Part shown: piece after piece, positions 1 to 11,545 of the stretch
How the letters are laid out: every line of letters starts with the position of its first letter
Numbering within the stretch: the first letter of the stretch is position 1
From: Camelus ferus
Lineage: Eukaryota
NCBI RefSeq assembly: GCF_009834535.1
Contig: NC_045697.1
Span: 107,386,001 to 107,450,000, forward strand
DNA: 64,000 nt
Direction: 5' to 3'
Notes under the pieces: generated by a model
Told to the model about the DNA's origin: nothing
Database searches by the model: none
The model's input: the letters and a program-made list of their open reading frames with translations, nothing else
Made by a program: the position numbers and the translations under genes

Positions 1-465
1 TGTTCAATACAGCAAAAAAGAAAACAGGAAATTTAGTTCTACTGAAAAAGGTCAAAATAGAAATGTATTGGCAAAAAAAAAAAGTACAGTTAATAATTCA
101 TCTACATGGCACCTATCACCTCATTCCAGATAAGGTGAAAGTATAGAAGAAAAAGCTAATAATGCACTGTATTTCACTTACGTATTGGCATTAGTCCTCC
201 TAGATGGTTTAGATAGATAAGAGGGGAGAAGATAAAGAATTCCTTGTGAAAAATTTACAACAGCACCATCCTCTCCTATTAATGTAATCAATGCGGTCAG
301 TATATAAAAGTCACAACAATGATTAACCTTCTACTTTCTCAGCATATCAACAGACAAAAATAAGAGCAGGGTGTACTGGTGAAATATCAGAAAATAAATC
401 TAAATAAATTGAAGGACACAAGAATAATTGAAGAAATGTGGTGCCCAGGGGCTAAAGAACTTACA

Positions 466-578
466 CTGTAAGCTCCATATAGGTAAGGTCCATATTTGCC
501 TTGTTCATTGTTTTATTCCCAGCACCATACTTGAACCCCATCTCTGCTCCATAAATATTCATTGAAAGAATGAATGGA
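466..578 (+). mobile_element. L2 3' end fragment
   Basis: ctgtaagctccat...ttgttcattgt...ataaatattcattgaaagaatgaatg, a typical L2 terminus. Confidence 0.6.
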
Positions 579-1718
579 TCAATCTCACTGGAAATAGATG
601 TTTACTTGTTTCATAAAAGGGGTAAGTCTAGATAAAATAGCAATATGTAAAAATGTCCCACTTTAAAATATTATTCATAGTGATTCTTTGACTTTGACAT
701 CTTACTTGAAAATTTAAATGTTAATCCCCCGTTAAATTCACACCCTAATCTACAGGAAAAAAGAGTAACCTTGTCTCTGAAATTTGGTAACTTTACCCAG
801 TAAATTCATCATGGAAGCAAACCGACTTTAAGGGAAGGTCATTTGAATACTAGAAGCCCATTAATGCATCTTGACAAATACTGAAGACAACATCTGGTAT
901 TCTCTTCCATAACTGATTAACAAGAGCGTCATCCTTTCCTATTAATGTGCTCAATATGGTTAGTATATAAAAGACAAAAAAAGATGATTAAAATTCCACT
1001 TTTTTATACGATCAACAACATTCAAGGTCATTTCGATCATGCAAGCTAAGTCAACTAAATCTGGACTGAGAGTAAAAAGCAAACACCAGCACCCTGCATA
1101 ATGATTAACTGTCATTAATTCCATCCAATTTGAATATCACATTCCTTAAAAAACCCCTTTTCCTAGTACACATTTTAGGTTATTTAAAAAGGAAAACAAA
1201 CAAACTCTACCTGCCGCAAGCCAAATCTTGACTATGTTAGGCAAGTTTTAAACAGTCTAGATACCCTTCCAGACTCACTGTTCTATCACATGACTGAAAG
1301 ATGCCTTAAGCCACTATTTCACATTTAAGGTTCTTTGCAATTATACATTATATATGGGTTAGCGGTTAAGAGCTCAGTTTGTAGATTTCCCGAGTCTGAA
1401 TCTCAGCAATATTACTCGCTCAATACGACTTGAGTAAATTACTTATCCTCTCTCATCATTTATAAAGTGAATATTACAACAGTACAGTCCAATCTGCCAT
1501 AACTTACATCTTTGCCTTGAATCACTTTCCACAGGATTGTTAAAGAGTAGAATAATGTAGGTATAGTGTAGAAGTGAGGTTGGTCTGTGTGTAATTTCTT
1601 CCAACAGAATTAAAGAGAAATACTTAGCAATATATAAAGATCTTAAAACAACCTGAAAATTTACAGAACTACTTTCTTTTAATGCAAACACTGCCTGGTT
1701 TAATGATTGCAAGAACTA

Positions 1719-1936
1719 CAGCTGACCCTTGAACAACACAGGGATTAGGGGGCCAACCCTCCACACAATCCCAAATCCACCTATAACTTATAGTCAGCCC
1801 TCCAGATACAAGCTTCCCCCATATCCTGGGATTCAACCAACATGGATCACAGAATACTGTAGTATTTGCTACTGAAAAAAATCCACACATACGTGGATTC
1901 ACACAGTTCAAACCCATGCTGTACAAGATTCAAGTG
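1719..1936. mobile_element. Tigger2-derived MITE (TcMar-Tigger)
   Basis: Left TIR CAGCTGACCCTTGAACAACACAGGG preceded by TA; degenerate right TIR cccatgctgtacaagattcaagtg. Confidence 0.75.
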
Positions 1937-4094
1937 TCTATGCTTTTTCCACAACATTAAGTATCTGACAATCTGCAAGTACAGATGAAGAAATGCAAAG
2001 GCATTTCCCCCTGATTTAAAGCAATGAATTAATGAAGAAAGCTACACCTTGGATCAGATTTTTTAGTACCAATAAAAATTTTCTCTGTCAGAAGCTAAAG
2101 AAACCAGACCTACATCTCAAAGATAGAAGCATAAGTTTCCAGGGTTAATACCACAAGTGACTGTGATTCAAAGGCAAAAACATCAGTAGAGAGGTAACCT
2201 CGCTAGTATTTTCATTAAGGTTATTATTGATTTTGCTAGTATTCCAGTTACAAAATTCCAGAGGTTTTGAATGGCCCACCTCAACCCTATTTTTACCCCC
2301 ATAAGCCCTGTTATTTTTAGTCCACTGTTGATGAACACAAGACATTTTGGCAGAAACACCTACACCTATCTGATTGTGACAATTGTGAGAAGTAAACTGG
2401 ATTAATAAATATGTCAAACAGAACCTGCACACTCCATAAATCTTAGCTAATGCTATGATCTATTATAACTCAAAAATAATTAATTAACTTCCCTCAAAAG
2501 CACACAAATTATCAATACATTTTATCCCTACCTCAAGAGCCACAGATCATCTCACCATTACTGAAAATTACAACTTACCCCCCAAAAGCTTGAAAAACAA
2601 TTAAGAACCATAAGTTCACCAAATGTTTTAGTAAACTATCAAAATAACCCACTCACACTTCTGGTCACAGGCAGTGCCTCGCCCATCCACTGACAAGAAA
2701 GTCATCTACAGTAAGGAAAATTATTCTGAAATGCTTTGGATTTGGGGTCTGCTTTATACCTATTAATCTCACAATAGTATGATCTAAGAAAATGAGTTCG
2801 TGATAGTGTTAACAATAATTTTATAATATCTTTATATAATTTTCTTTAATAATACTTTCTCCATTTTAGATACCAATGAGCCTCACTGGCGCCTACTGAC
2901 TCTAGAAAAGGTCTGTTGCTGTCCCACTGAAACTGATTACCATATTACTATAAGGATTAACTTTTCAAGTTTAATGTATTAACATTAAATCAACACTTAA
3001 AAAATGCTTTGTGTTAAAAAGTTTTATAAATGTATGTATAAGCTCTGAGATAAATGATTATTTTTACTCATGATAGTGAAGACCAAAAATGATAAAGATT
3101 GGCTTCAATTAGGTAATATATATAGGATTTAAGATAATATATTTATATTACTTATGAGAAAAGTCTTTTCACTAGAAACAACAAAATACCTCATCAGGGG
3201 CCATAGCTATAAGAGATTTAATGTACTTTATAAATAAAAATACCACACCACTGAAGTCGTTAATCATGAACAAAGATCTTATTAGGCAAGGAGAAAATCT
3301 TTTTCAGCTCTCAGGCAACAGATTTATCTCTAACAAAAGGTAAATAATTGAGACCTCATCAGTTTTTCATCTTTCTGTAAGAATTTACAGAGAAAATACG
3401 GCCCCGCACTTCTCTCTAAAACTAAATTACTAAAAGACTGATGAGATTAGTCTGAGAAATAAATGCAAAAATCCAGGTGCAACAGAGACAACGAAGCTCA
3501 TAGCTTAAACATCAGATCGTTACATAAGTTTAAAAGTAATTTGGTGTCTAACTTCCTACCCAAATTAAGAATCCACTCTATAAAATCCCCAACATGCAAT
3601 CTTCTAAAACATCTAGTAACAAGAAATTCTTTACTTTATAAAGCACGTTTTAATCACATATATTATTCTAAGACAAATCCAATTAAATCTTTGAGGAATC
3701 AAAACAGATATACGTACACAAAAAAGCTTTAGAATCTAAAACTAGGAGTGTTTTATGAAATTAGTTTAGTCAAAAACAAAGAATTTGTGTACTCTCAACA
3801 GTGTATTTCTTTGTACCATTTCCTTCTTTTATTTTGTTTTTCACTTCATATTTTGTCTCAACAGCTTTTAAACCGAAGACTCACTGATAGGTTTCTGAGT
3901 ATATAATTCCATTAAATGAGAGCTAATGAAATAAAACTAGAGTAAAAGGTAAAAACTACTTAAAAAGCACGTTATAAGAGTCTACTTTGAAAATAATGAA
4001 ACTGCTCTTATTAAAGGCAAAACAGATACTAAGGGAATTTTAAATTATACAATGAAAAATGCAAGTCACCTGACAAGCATCTTCATAAGAAATA

Positions 4095-4774
4095 GAAAAC
4101 AATAAAAGGAAAATAATGCCATTCGCAGCAACATGGATGGACCTAGAGATCATCACTTTAAGTGAAGCCAGAAAGAGAAAGAAAAATACCATATGATATC
4201 ACTCATATGTGGAATCTTTAAAAAAAAAAAAAAGAGGACGTAAATGAACATATTTACAAAACACAGACTCAAAGACATAGAAAACAAACTTAATGGTTAC
4301 CAGTGGGGAAAGGAGGTGGAAAGGGATAAACTGGGAGTTTGAGATTTGCAGATACTAACTACTATGTATAAAATAAATAAACAAGAAGTTTATACTGTAC
4401 AGTACAGGGAACTATATTCAATATTTTGTAGTAACCTATAATGAAAAAGAATATGAAGATGTATGTATATGTATGACTGAAACATGCTGTACACCAGAAA
4501 TTGACACAACACTGTAAACTAACTATACTTCAATTTAAAAAAAAAAGCGTGGGAAAAAAAGTTTAGGCTTATATACACACTACTGTATATAAAATAGATA
4601 AACAAGGATTTACTGTATAGCACAGGGAACTATATTCAGTATCTTATAATAACCTGTAATGGAAAAGAATCTGAAAAAGAACATATATATGTGTAACTGA
4701 TTCACTTTGATGTACACCTGAAACTAATAACATTGTAAATCAACTATACTTCAATTAAAAAAAAAAAAAAAGAA
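4095..4774 (+). mobile_element. Two tandem L1 3' ends (4095-4546 and ~4561-4774)
   Basis: ORF2 C-terminal motif (atgccattcgcagcaacatggatggacctagag) plus 3'UTR; both units end in aactatacttcaat(t)taaaa-polyA. Confidence 0.9.
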
Positions 4775-5001
4775 AAGAAATACGTGTTAAGATTTTAACA
4801 ACATACCTTTTGCACAAGAGAACAATAGCTACTAGGCTTCCTAATGAATATAATTTATTTAATGAAGAGATTAATTTAATTTAATTTAATTTAATTTAAC
4901 GAACACTTTTAAAGTACTGACAAGCACTGTGAAAAGTTCTGGAGGTACAAAGATAAATTATTGCTTATCTAAGTATGTACTATAAAACAATAATGTATTC
5001 T

Positions 5002-5097
5002 GGGGGAAGGGTAGCTCAAGTGGCAGAGCACATGCTCAGCACCCAAGAGGTCAGGGGTTCAATCCCCAGTACCTCCTCCAAGCAGAAATTAATGAAG
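5002..5097 (+). mobile_element. tRNA-derived SINE (Vic-1-like)
   Basis: A box tagctcaagtgg, B box ggttcaatccc; TSD aatgtattctgg at 4992-5003 and 5098-5109. Confidence 0.85.
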
Positions 5098-5624
5098 AAT
5101 GTATTCTGGACATTTTTCTTTCAAGCACAAAAACTATTACAAATATTGTAGAGTCTATACATGAAAAGGAATACTTTACAATATAAAAATTAAACATATT
5201 TGATCAGTTCAGGTAGGTCAGTATGAGCAACAAAAAGCTTACTTAGTTTCCCTTTCTGTGAATTCACAATCAGAAAAAATTTCAGATTTTTCAGTTCTCA
5301 ACCTATTTAACATGGACCTATTTATTCAAACGGAAACAAGACTGCATACCTGCAGGAGCCAAAGTTATCAATTCTATCACTTCTAAGAAATATGAAGTTA
5401 TTATTATAATGCACCAATTCACCCAAATGTCTTTTAATTTTCTACATTAATAAACAAGCTAACAATATCTACTCATGAGCTATATAAATACTTATATACT
5501 TTAAAACATTTATCCTCTTCTGGACATTTCAATACACAAAAATGCCTACAGAAACACTTTAATAGCAGCAAAAAAAAAAGCATTTACCCAAAAATAATTC
5601 ATCTCCTCATATATTCAAAACTAC

Positions 5625-6210
5625 AAAACATTAATGAAAGAAACAGAAAGAGAAACTGGCAAGCTCATCCTACAATTCACATGGAAATGCAAAGGACCTA
5701 GAATAGCCAACAATCTTGAAAAAGAAAAACAAAGAGGTTATACATCCCTATTTCAAAACTTACTACAATGCTACAAAAATCAAGACAGCTTGATACTGAT
5801 AGAAGAATTTACATATAAATCAACAGAAAAGAATCAAGAGTCCAAATAAATCCTTACACTTATGGTCAACTGATATCTGGCAAAGATGCCAAGGCAATTT
5901 AATGGGAAAGAATAGCCATTTCAACAAATGGCAGTGAGACAGTTGGATATACATGTACAAAAAGATGAATTTAAACCCTTATCTTACCCTTCTTTCACAT
6001 CATACAAAAATTAACTCAAAATAGATCATAGACCTAAATGTAAGAGCTAAAACTATAAAATGTCTTGAACACAGGATGTAAATGTTCTAAAATTAGATTG
6101 TGGTAATGATTACACAACTCTGGAAACTTACAAAAATCAATGAATTGTATACTTAAAACAAGAGGATTTCATGGTATGTAAATTAGACCTCAAAAAAGAT
6201 GTTTAAAAAA
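5625..6210 (+). mobile_element. Old L1 ORF2 fragment plus L1 3' fragment
   Basis: The ORF at 5634 (LILQFTWKCKGPRIA) is degenerate L1 ORF2; aaaattaactcaaaatagatcatagacctaaatgtaagagc motif. Confidence 0.85.
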
Positions 6211-6393
6211 CAAGTCACCTCTACTTCAATTAAAAAGTGATCTCTAAAAATGATAAAAGGTATTAAATAAATTCCAAAGTAAGACTGACATACTATATTA
6301 AAGAGCCATTACAGCTAATAATGGCCATATAGAAACAAAAAAATTAATAGGTTGGAATATGATGATTGTAACTATGTAAAATTACAAATACTA

Positions 6394-6555
6394 CAATAAT
6401 AGCAAATAGTTATAAAAGCACTTAATGTGCCACACATTATTCCTGGATGCTTTACAAGTATTTACTCATTTAATCTTTGCTACAATGTAGTTTCCCCATT
6501 GTACAGCTAGGGAAAGCAAGGCACAAAGAGGTTAAAAAAAATTGCTCAAGAGCAC
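6394..6555 (-). mobile_element. MIR
   Basis: actcatttaatc...ccccattgtacagctagggaaagcaaggcacaaagaggttaa MIR core. Confidence 0.7.
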
Positions 6556-6649
6556 AAAAGAGAGTTAAGATAATGATTTTTTTTTTCTCTTTACACAAAC
6601 ATCTCTAACATGAGTATTATTATGCATTTGAAAAAAGAATAGTGGACAT

Positions 6650-7125
6650 CACTGGTGGCCTATCCAGCATTCATGCACCCTTCGAACTTCCTACAGATGT
6701 CTGTGTATTCACTCGTCCCCACATAGCCCAAGTTCTTTAGAGGAAACTGACCCCATCCTCAGGTAGAGGAGCTGGTCCTGATTTGCTTAAGCCAATCAGC
6801 ACATTTCAATGGCCACAGTCAAGAGTGCAGTGGACTGATCAAGACTCTTGTCTGGAAGGCTAGGACAGAGAGACTCTCTCTCCCAAGAGATGTGAACAAG
6901 AATACACAGGGACCCAACTGCCAGTGGCGGCCATCATACAACCATGAGGGGAACAGCAACAGATGGAAGCTGACATCACAGAGAGAAGAAAAGCAACAGA
7001 AAGAAACTGGTCTTTAATGTTATTGTTACTGTAAATCTTGCCCTACCTTTGGACTTCCAGATAAATGAGCCTAAAAATCCTTTTCATTGTGTTTAAACCA
7101 GTTTGAGTTTTCTATTATAGAATGA
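6650..7125 (+). mobile_element. MaLR LTR (MLT1J/K-like)
   Basis: ttaagccaatcagcaca...ggccatcata..ccatgaggg...tttaaaccagtttgagttttct MLT1 pattern. Confidence 0.6.
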
Positions 7126-10100
7126 CACACAAACTGATGTGGGGGGGGGAGCCCATTAACAAGCATGTTTCTAGAATAAATTACTCAGGAATTTATTTAT
7201 GATGTCAAGTATTAAGGAGGAAATAATTCTAGATACATTAAAATAGAAACATGATGAGTACCTTTCATATAAAAGCTTAAAAAGAAACTACCTGCAATTT
7301 TGTGTGTCCCAAACAGTATTTTTTAATACTTTGACATTTAAAATTTTATTTTTTAAAAATCTAGACTTCTAATTCTTCCTGAAAAATCAAAAGGTACGAC
7401 ATCACTGGGCCCATGTCACTACAGGACAACAACCAGCTAAAATGGAACAGCAGCTGCCCCTACAAGTATACTTTTTGTACACAGTCAATACAGACGACGA
7501 CTTTGTGTGATCTGCTCAGCTCCTGTAGGTATTAAGAGTTTGCACCATTAATATCTAGCAGAACCTGTATCAAATGCCATATAATGAGTAATGAAAAATT
7601 ATATTCCATCTTCTAAGCTTTAATATTTCAATTAAAATAATAGTTATTTTTAAAGAAAAAATTTTATGAAAACATGTATTTGTCACCAGCCCATGGGAAA
7701 CACTATTCTTGAATTAAGTCTCATTCATTGCCTGTAAATACCTGGTGGGAGCCTTAAACTCAGAAGCAACTTCCTGAAAACAACCCAATACATTAATTAT
7801 TCTGGGTCTAAAAGTATGACAAATTACTTCAACATACAGATGGAGAAAAAATAAAATGGTTTTAAACTGCAACAAGAAAACTGTAAAGGTTGACCAAAAG
7901 TTTGAAACACTTGAATACACAGGTGTACTATTAATTAAAACTTCTCTATAAAACAGATTTGCAAAGGAAATTACAAGGGTGGTAAATTCCAAAGAAATTT
8001 TTAACAACAGTGTTAAGGTCAAGCTACATTAGCAAAGTTAGGGGCAACACTTTGTAAAGACCTCTGAAGTTATACGGCTCTACCAGTCACTATTTGGACA
8101 ACTCTTGGGGAGGGGAGGTTGTTTAATTTTAACAGTACAAACTATCATTTAAAGTAACTAATATGTAATCAGAATCAGAAAGACTCAGTAGAATAATATA
8201 ACCTATTTTAATAAAATGCCTGAAAAACAGGAAAAAGTTATGACAGCTGTGAATAGTTTAAACTTACTAACGGAAAATCCAGTGAGGAAAGGCTAAGGAG
8301 GAGCACACAGGAGGATTCAGTGATACCAGTAATAATGCCAGCTCTTTAAATTACATGGAAGTTTCACAGGGCTTATATTGTTGTAATAGTTCATTACATA
8401 TACGTTACATATTCTTTTGTCTGTATCCTACTTTTCACAATTTTATAAATTTTAATCCAACATATTGACTGTAAAAAAAAAACACAGGTTTATAATCAAT
8501 TTTCTGCATCCACATTCTGAGTGAAAAACCTGACTGAATAACCTAAAAAAATTTTTTTTTACTTTTAAGGCGTTTTTTAAGCAGTTTTTAAAAAGCTGTT
8601 TGAATGGTAAATAAGTGAAATCTGAACAAGGTTTCACCACTCTTATTTAGCAGGACCAATGATTTTCCCTTACATTGGGGAAAGCTGTGCCTAAGCTACA
8701 AATACCTGCTTAGGGAAGCGAACACTACCTCAACTAGAGACAGGTGTGTTGTATTCCTAGACGGGTTGCCATTCTAAGAAACACTAATCTGTCTCACCTT
8801 TCAGTGTTTCAGTTTCCTCATCTATCAAATGAGACCTATGTATTAAAGAGTTGATGAGGGAAGAATTCAAAAAACATACGTAAAGCACCTGGCCCACAGT
8901 AATTTGTAATAAGCTGTTTTAAATCACACTTACTATGAGCTAATCTTTTTCTTTGAGTAGAACTGAGACTAAGGCCAATCAATTAGGAAATACTTAAGTG
9001 CAGAAGTACTAACAACACTGAAATGGACTAGCTTACCAGATTCCCAATATTTCAGTTCCCAAGATTCTCTAAAGACTGGCCAAGACCCTAGATAGCCAGC
9101 AAGGAGCCTGAAAAGTATTGTAAGGGAGAATGGAAAGAAAAGAACTAATCCAATCCCCTTCAGCAACTTTCTCTGCTCTACGTGAGAAGAGAAGGATGGT
9201 GAAGAGGAGGTGTAACTGAACAGATTTTCCCTCTCCTTCTACCCAGACACCTACTGCCCCCACCCCAAAAAAGTAGCTATGAAGGACTTAGGCAATAACC
9301 TTAAAATCTCTACCAGGCCTACAGTGTAGGCAGCATGTAAACAAACTATTTTACTACAGAACTTGGATTTTCCTTAATGATTAAATGCAGGTGACTCATG
9401 TGTGGTCATCCACCTCCACAGAGGACATTCTAAAGAACAGAGGAGTTGGAATCCTCCTCCTGCCAGAAGAATGTTGTGTTTCACACACGAACAACTACTT
9501 ATGGACTATATCACTACCGCAGATTTCTCTTTATCATCCAACATATATGAGGTTTAGAAAAAGAAAAAAAAAGTGAGAAGTTTTCAAGTCTGTTTTGAGG
9601 TAAAGGAATACAGCAATTTGCTATTTAACTCCTTGAGATTCACAAACTTTCAAAGTCCACATACACACAAGATCCCCAAAATGCTTACAACTATTGAAGG
9701 TAGATGGAAAGACACCAGAGTTCATTATACTGTTCTATTTTTGTGTACTTTTGAACATTTCCATAATATACAGTTTAAAAAATAGGTATATGTGTGTGTC
9801 AGTATTTGCATATTAAAAAACCACCAACACAACGAACTAGTAGAGAAATACTCTATTGTTCAAAATTTTCTTACTCCATAGGTAACTGAATTTCATCTAG
9901 CTACTTTCTCATTCTGGAAGTAGTACCACAGGTGACTCGCCTATTAGTAAAGGCCTAATGAAGGAAATAATTAACTGTCCTGAATAAAACAAGTCTCACC
10001 TTGAAAACATAGAGGCAAAGGGGAAAGGTGCTAAACAGTTACTAAAACTACTGTGCATTCATTTTTGTTCCCATCTGTTATCTTCTAACACAGGTGAGTA

Positions 10101-10587
10101 GGTGGAAAAGGGGGAAGTATCTTAAGGCCAAATTTTACTTTTTATTCTTTACTTTGATGGGCAACAGAGATTTGAATACAGAAGCCTAAAAAGCCCCCAT
10201 TAGAAATAACCGTTTCTAAGACTGGAATAGGGAAAAAAGGAAGTATTTTATATCCACCTTTTAAAAATAAAATTCACAGCTTGTAGTAGTATAACCAGCA
10301 ACCTCCAATGACAAACACACTTTGCTGATAAACATGAACTCACAAAACAAAATAAATAAAGACTATGCTATTTCTGCTGCAATCCTCTTTTTAAATTGCC
10401 ACTCAATTTTCACAAGATGTAACCTCACATTCATTCCAAAACTTAACTTTTGTTAGTTATGTCAAAAAACAAAACTAGTCAAAATTAAATACTAATGCTA
10501 ACTTCGCAGTATATTAACCTTTCATCAGTCCTATAAACAAAGATTTTCAGTTCAAAAACATGGCAAAACGTGACTCAGGCAGACTTA

Positions 10588-10722
10588 GGGTGGGTGGGTA
10601 TAGCTCAGTGGTAGGGTGCATGCTTAGCATGCAGGCATTTCTGGGTTCAACCCCAGTATCTCTATTAAAATAAATAAATCTAATAAATAAATAAATAAAT
10701 AACCCCCCCCAAAACAAACAAA
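10588..10722 (+). mobile_element. tRNA-derived SINE (Vic-1-like)
   Basis: gggtatagctcagtggtagggtgcatgcttagcatgc...ctgggttcaacccc, (AAAT)n middle, C-run, A-rich tail. Confidence 0.88.
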
Positions 10723-11113
10723 TAATTCTAGCAGAATCAAAAAAGTAGGTAGGACTACCATTTACCTTATTTCTCAAGTCCAAAAAAAGGTCACAAAAAC
10801 TTAGTTAAAATGTCAGAGAAATGCAGGGTTAGATACACAACCCAAGGGGAAAAAAATTATAAAATAAAACTCCCCCAGTAAAATCCCCCATAATACTTCC
10901 ATAACAATTATTTCCTTAGTACACTTTCAGAAAACCTGGAGCACCTAAGTTTACATAATTCTCCTTAAACTGAAAAGTACAGGAAATTGTTTCATTTAGG
11001 TCAGGAGAATTTCGTGTTTCTATCATCAGCCTGGGGAAAGCACATGGCTCCAGCTTTAACATCTTGTTCCCCAACCCACTGAGAATACAGGCTTGTAAAA
11101 CAGATCTACTTAC

Positions 11114-11329
11114 CAGGTTAAAGACAGTTTCTACAATATCCCTATTGGATACTTCTCCAACTTCAACCAACCCCGTCAACACGGCGAATTTCATTCTGAT
11201 GCCCCTGATGGGGAGCCCTGGTTTCAGGGACAAGGTACCCCCTTCAGCAGGGGTTTCTTCTTTCCCTCCACCTCCCCCGTCATCACCTGTTGGTGGCGGG
11301 GAAGGGACATTATTGTCTTCACTAGCCAT
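11114..11329 (-). CDS. LRBA: LRBA (LPS-responsive beige-like anchor protein), first coding segment, codons 1-72
   Basis: Translation MASEDNNVPSPPPTGDDGGGGGKEETPAEGGTLSLKPGLPIRGIRMKFAVLTGLVEVGEVSNRDIVETVFNL matches the LRBA N-terminus (PIRxIRMKFAVL..GEVSNRDIVET is shared with NBEA). Kozak context gcaATGg. Ends at a phase-0 donor CTG|GTAAGT (GT at 11113-11112); 216 nt. Confidence 0.97.
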
Positions 11330-11545
11330 TGCTAGTTCACGAGGACAACTCGGAGTTACTCTGGGACAGCAGTCGCTGCACGAGTATTAAGCATACAGAC
11401 GCGACGCAAAACGAGAAGGGTCACTCTTCCAAGTTGTGGAGAAACCCCAAAAGCAGTTGATGTCGAAAGTCCTTGGCGTCGCCCTCCTCCTCTTGGAGAA
11501 TATTTGTCCAATCTCTCTCCCCGAGGCTGACAACAACGCCAAACC
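11114..11545 (-). other. LRBA: LRBA exon 2 (216 nt 5'UTR + 216 nt CDS)
   Basis: Acceptor ctaatcttccaatAG|GGTTTGGCG (AG at 11547-11546); donor at 11113. Confidence 0.85.

Larger units (their letters stand above)
1..11113 (-). other. LRBA: LRBA intron 2 (partial; continues beyond the window start)
   Basis: Follows the exon 2 donor; AT-rich and repeat-rich, with no further LRBA-like coding sequence in any ORF. Confidence 0.85.

Noticed and set aside
4871..4899. (TTAAT)n tract and other short tandem repeats as an array system
   Set aside because: Simple microsatellites with no spacers; nothing CRISPR-like is present in this eukaryotic window.
5002..5080. tRNA-like sequences here and at the other eight SINE loci
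   Set aside because: They are SINE heads with TSDs, A-rich tails and degenerate stems, not tRNA genes.
10916..11113. C-terminal 65 aa of the 137-aa ORF (VSRSVLQACIL...)
   Set aside because: Read-through past the GTAAGT donor into intron 2; LRBA similarity stops exactly at the splice site.
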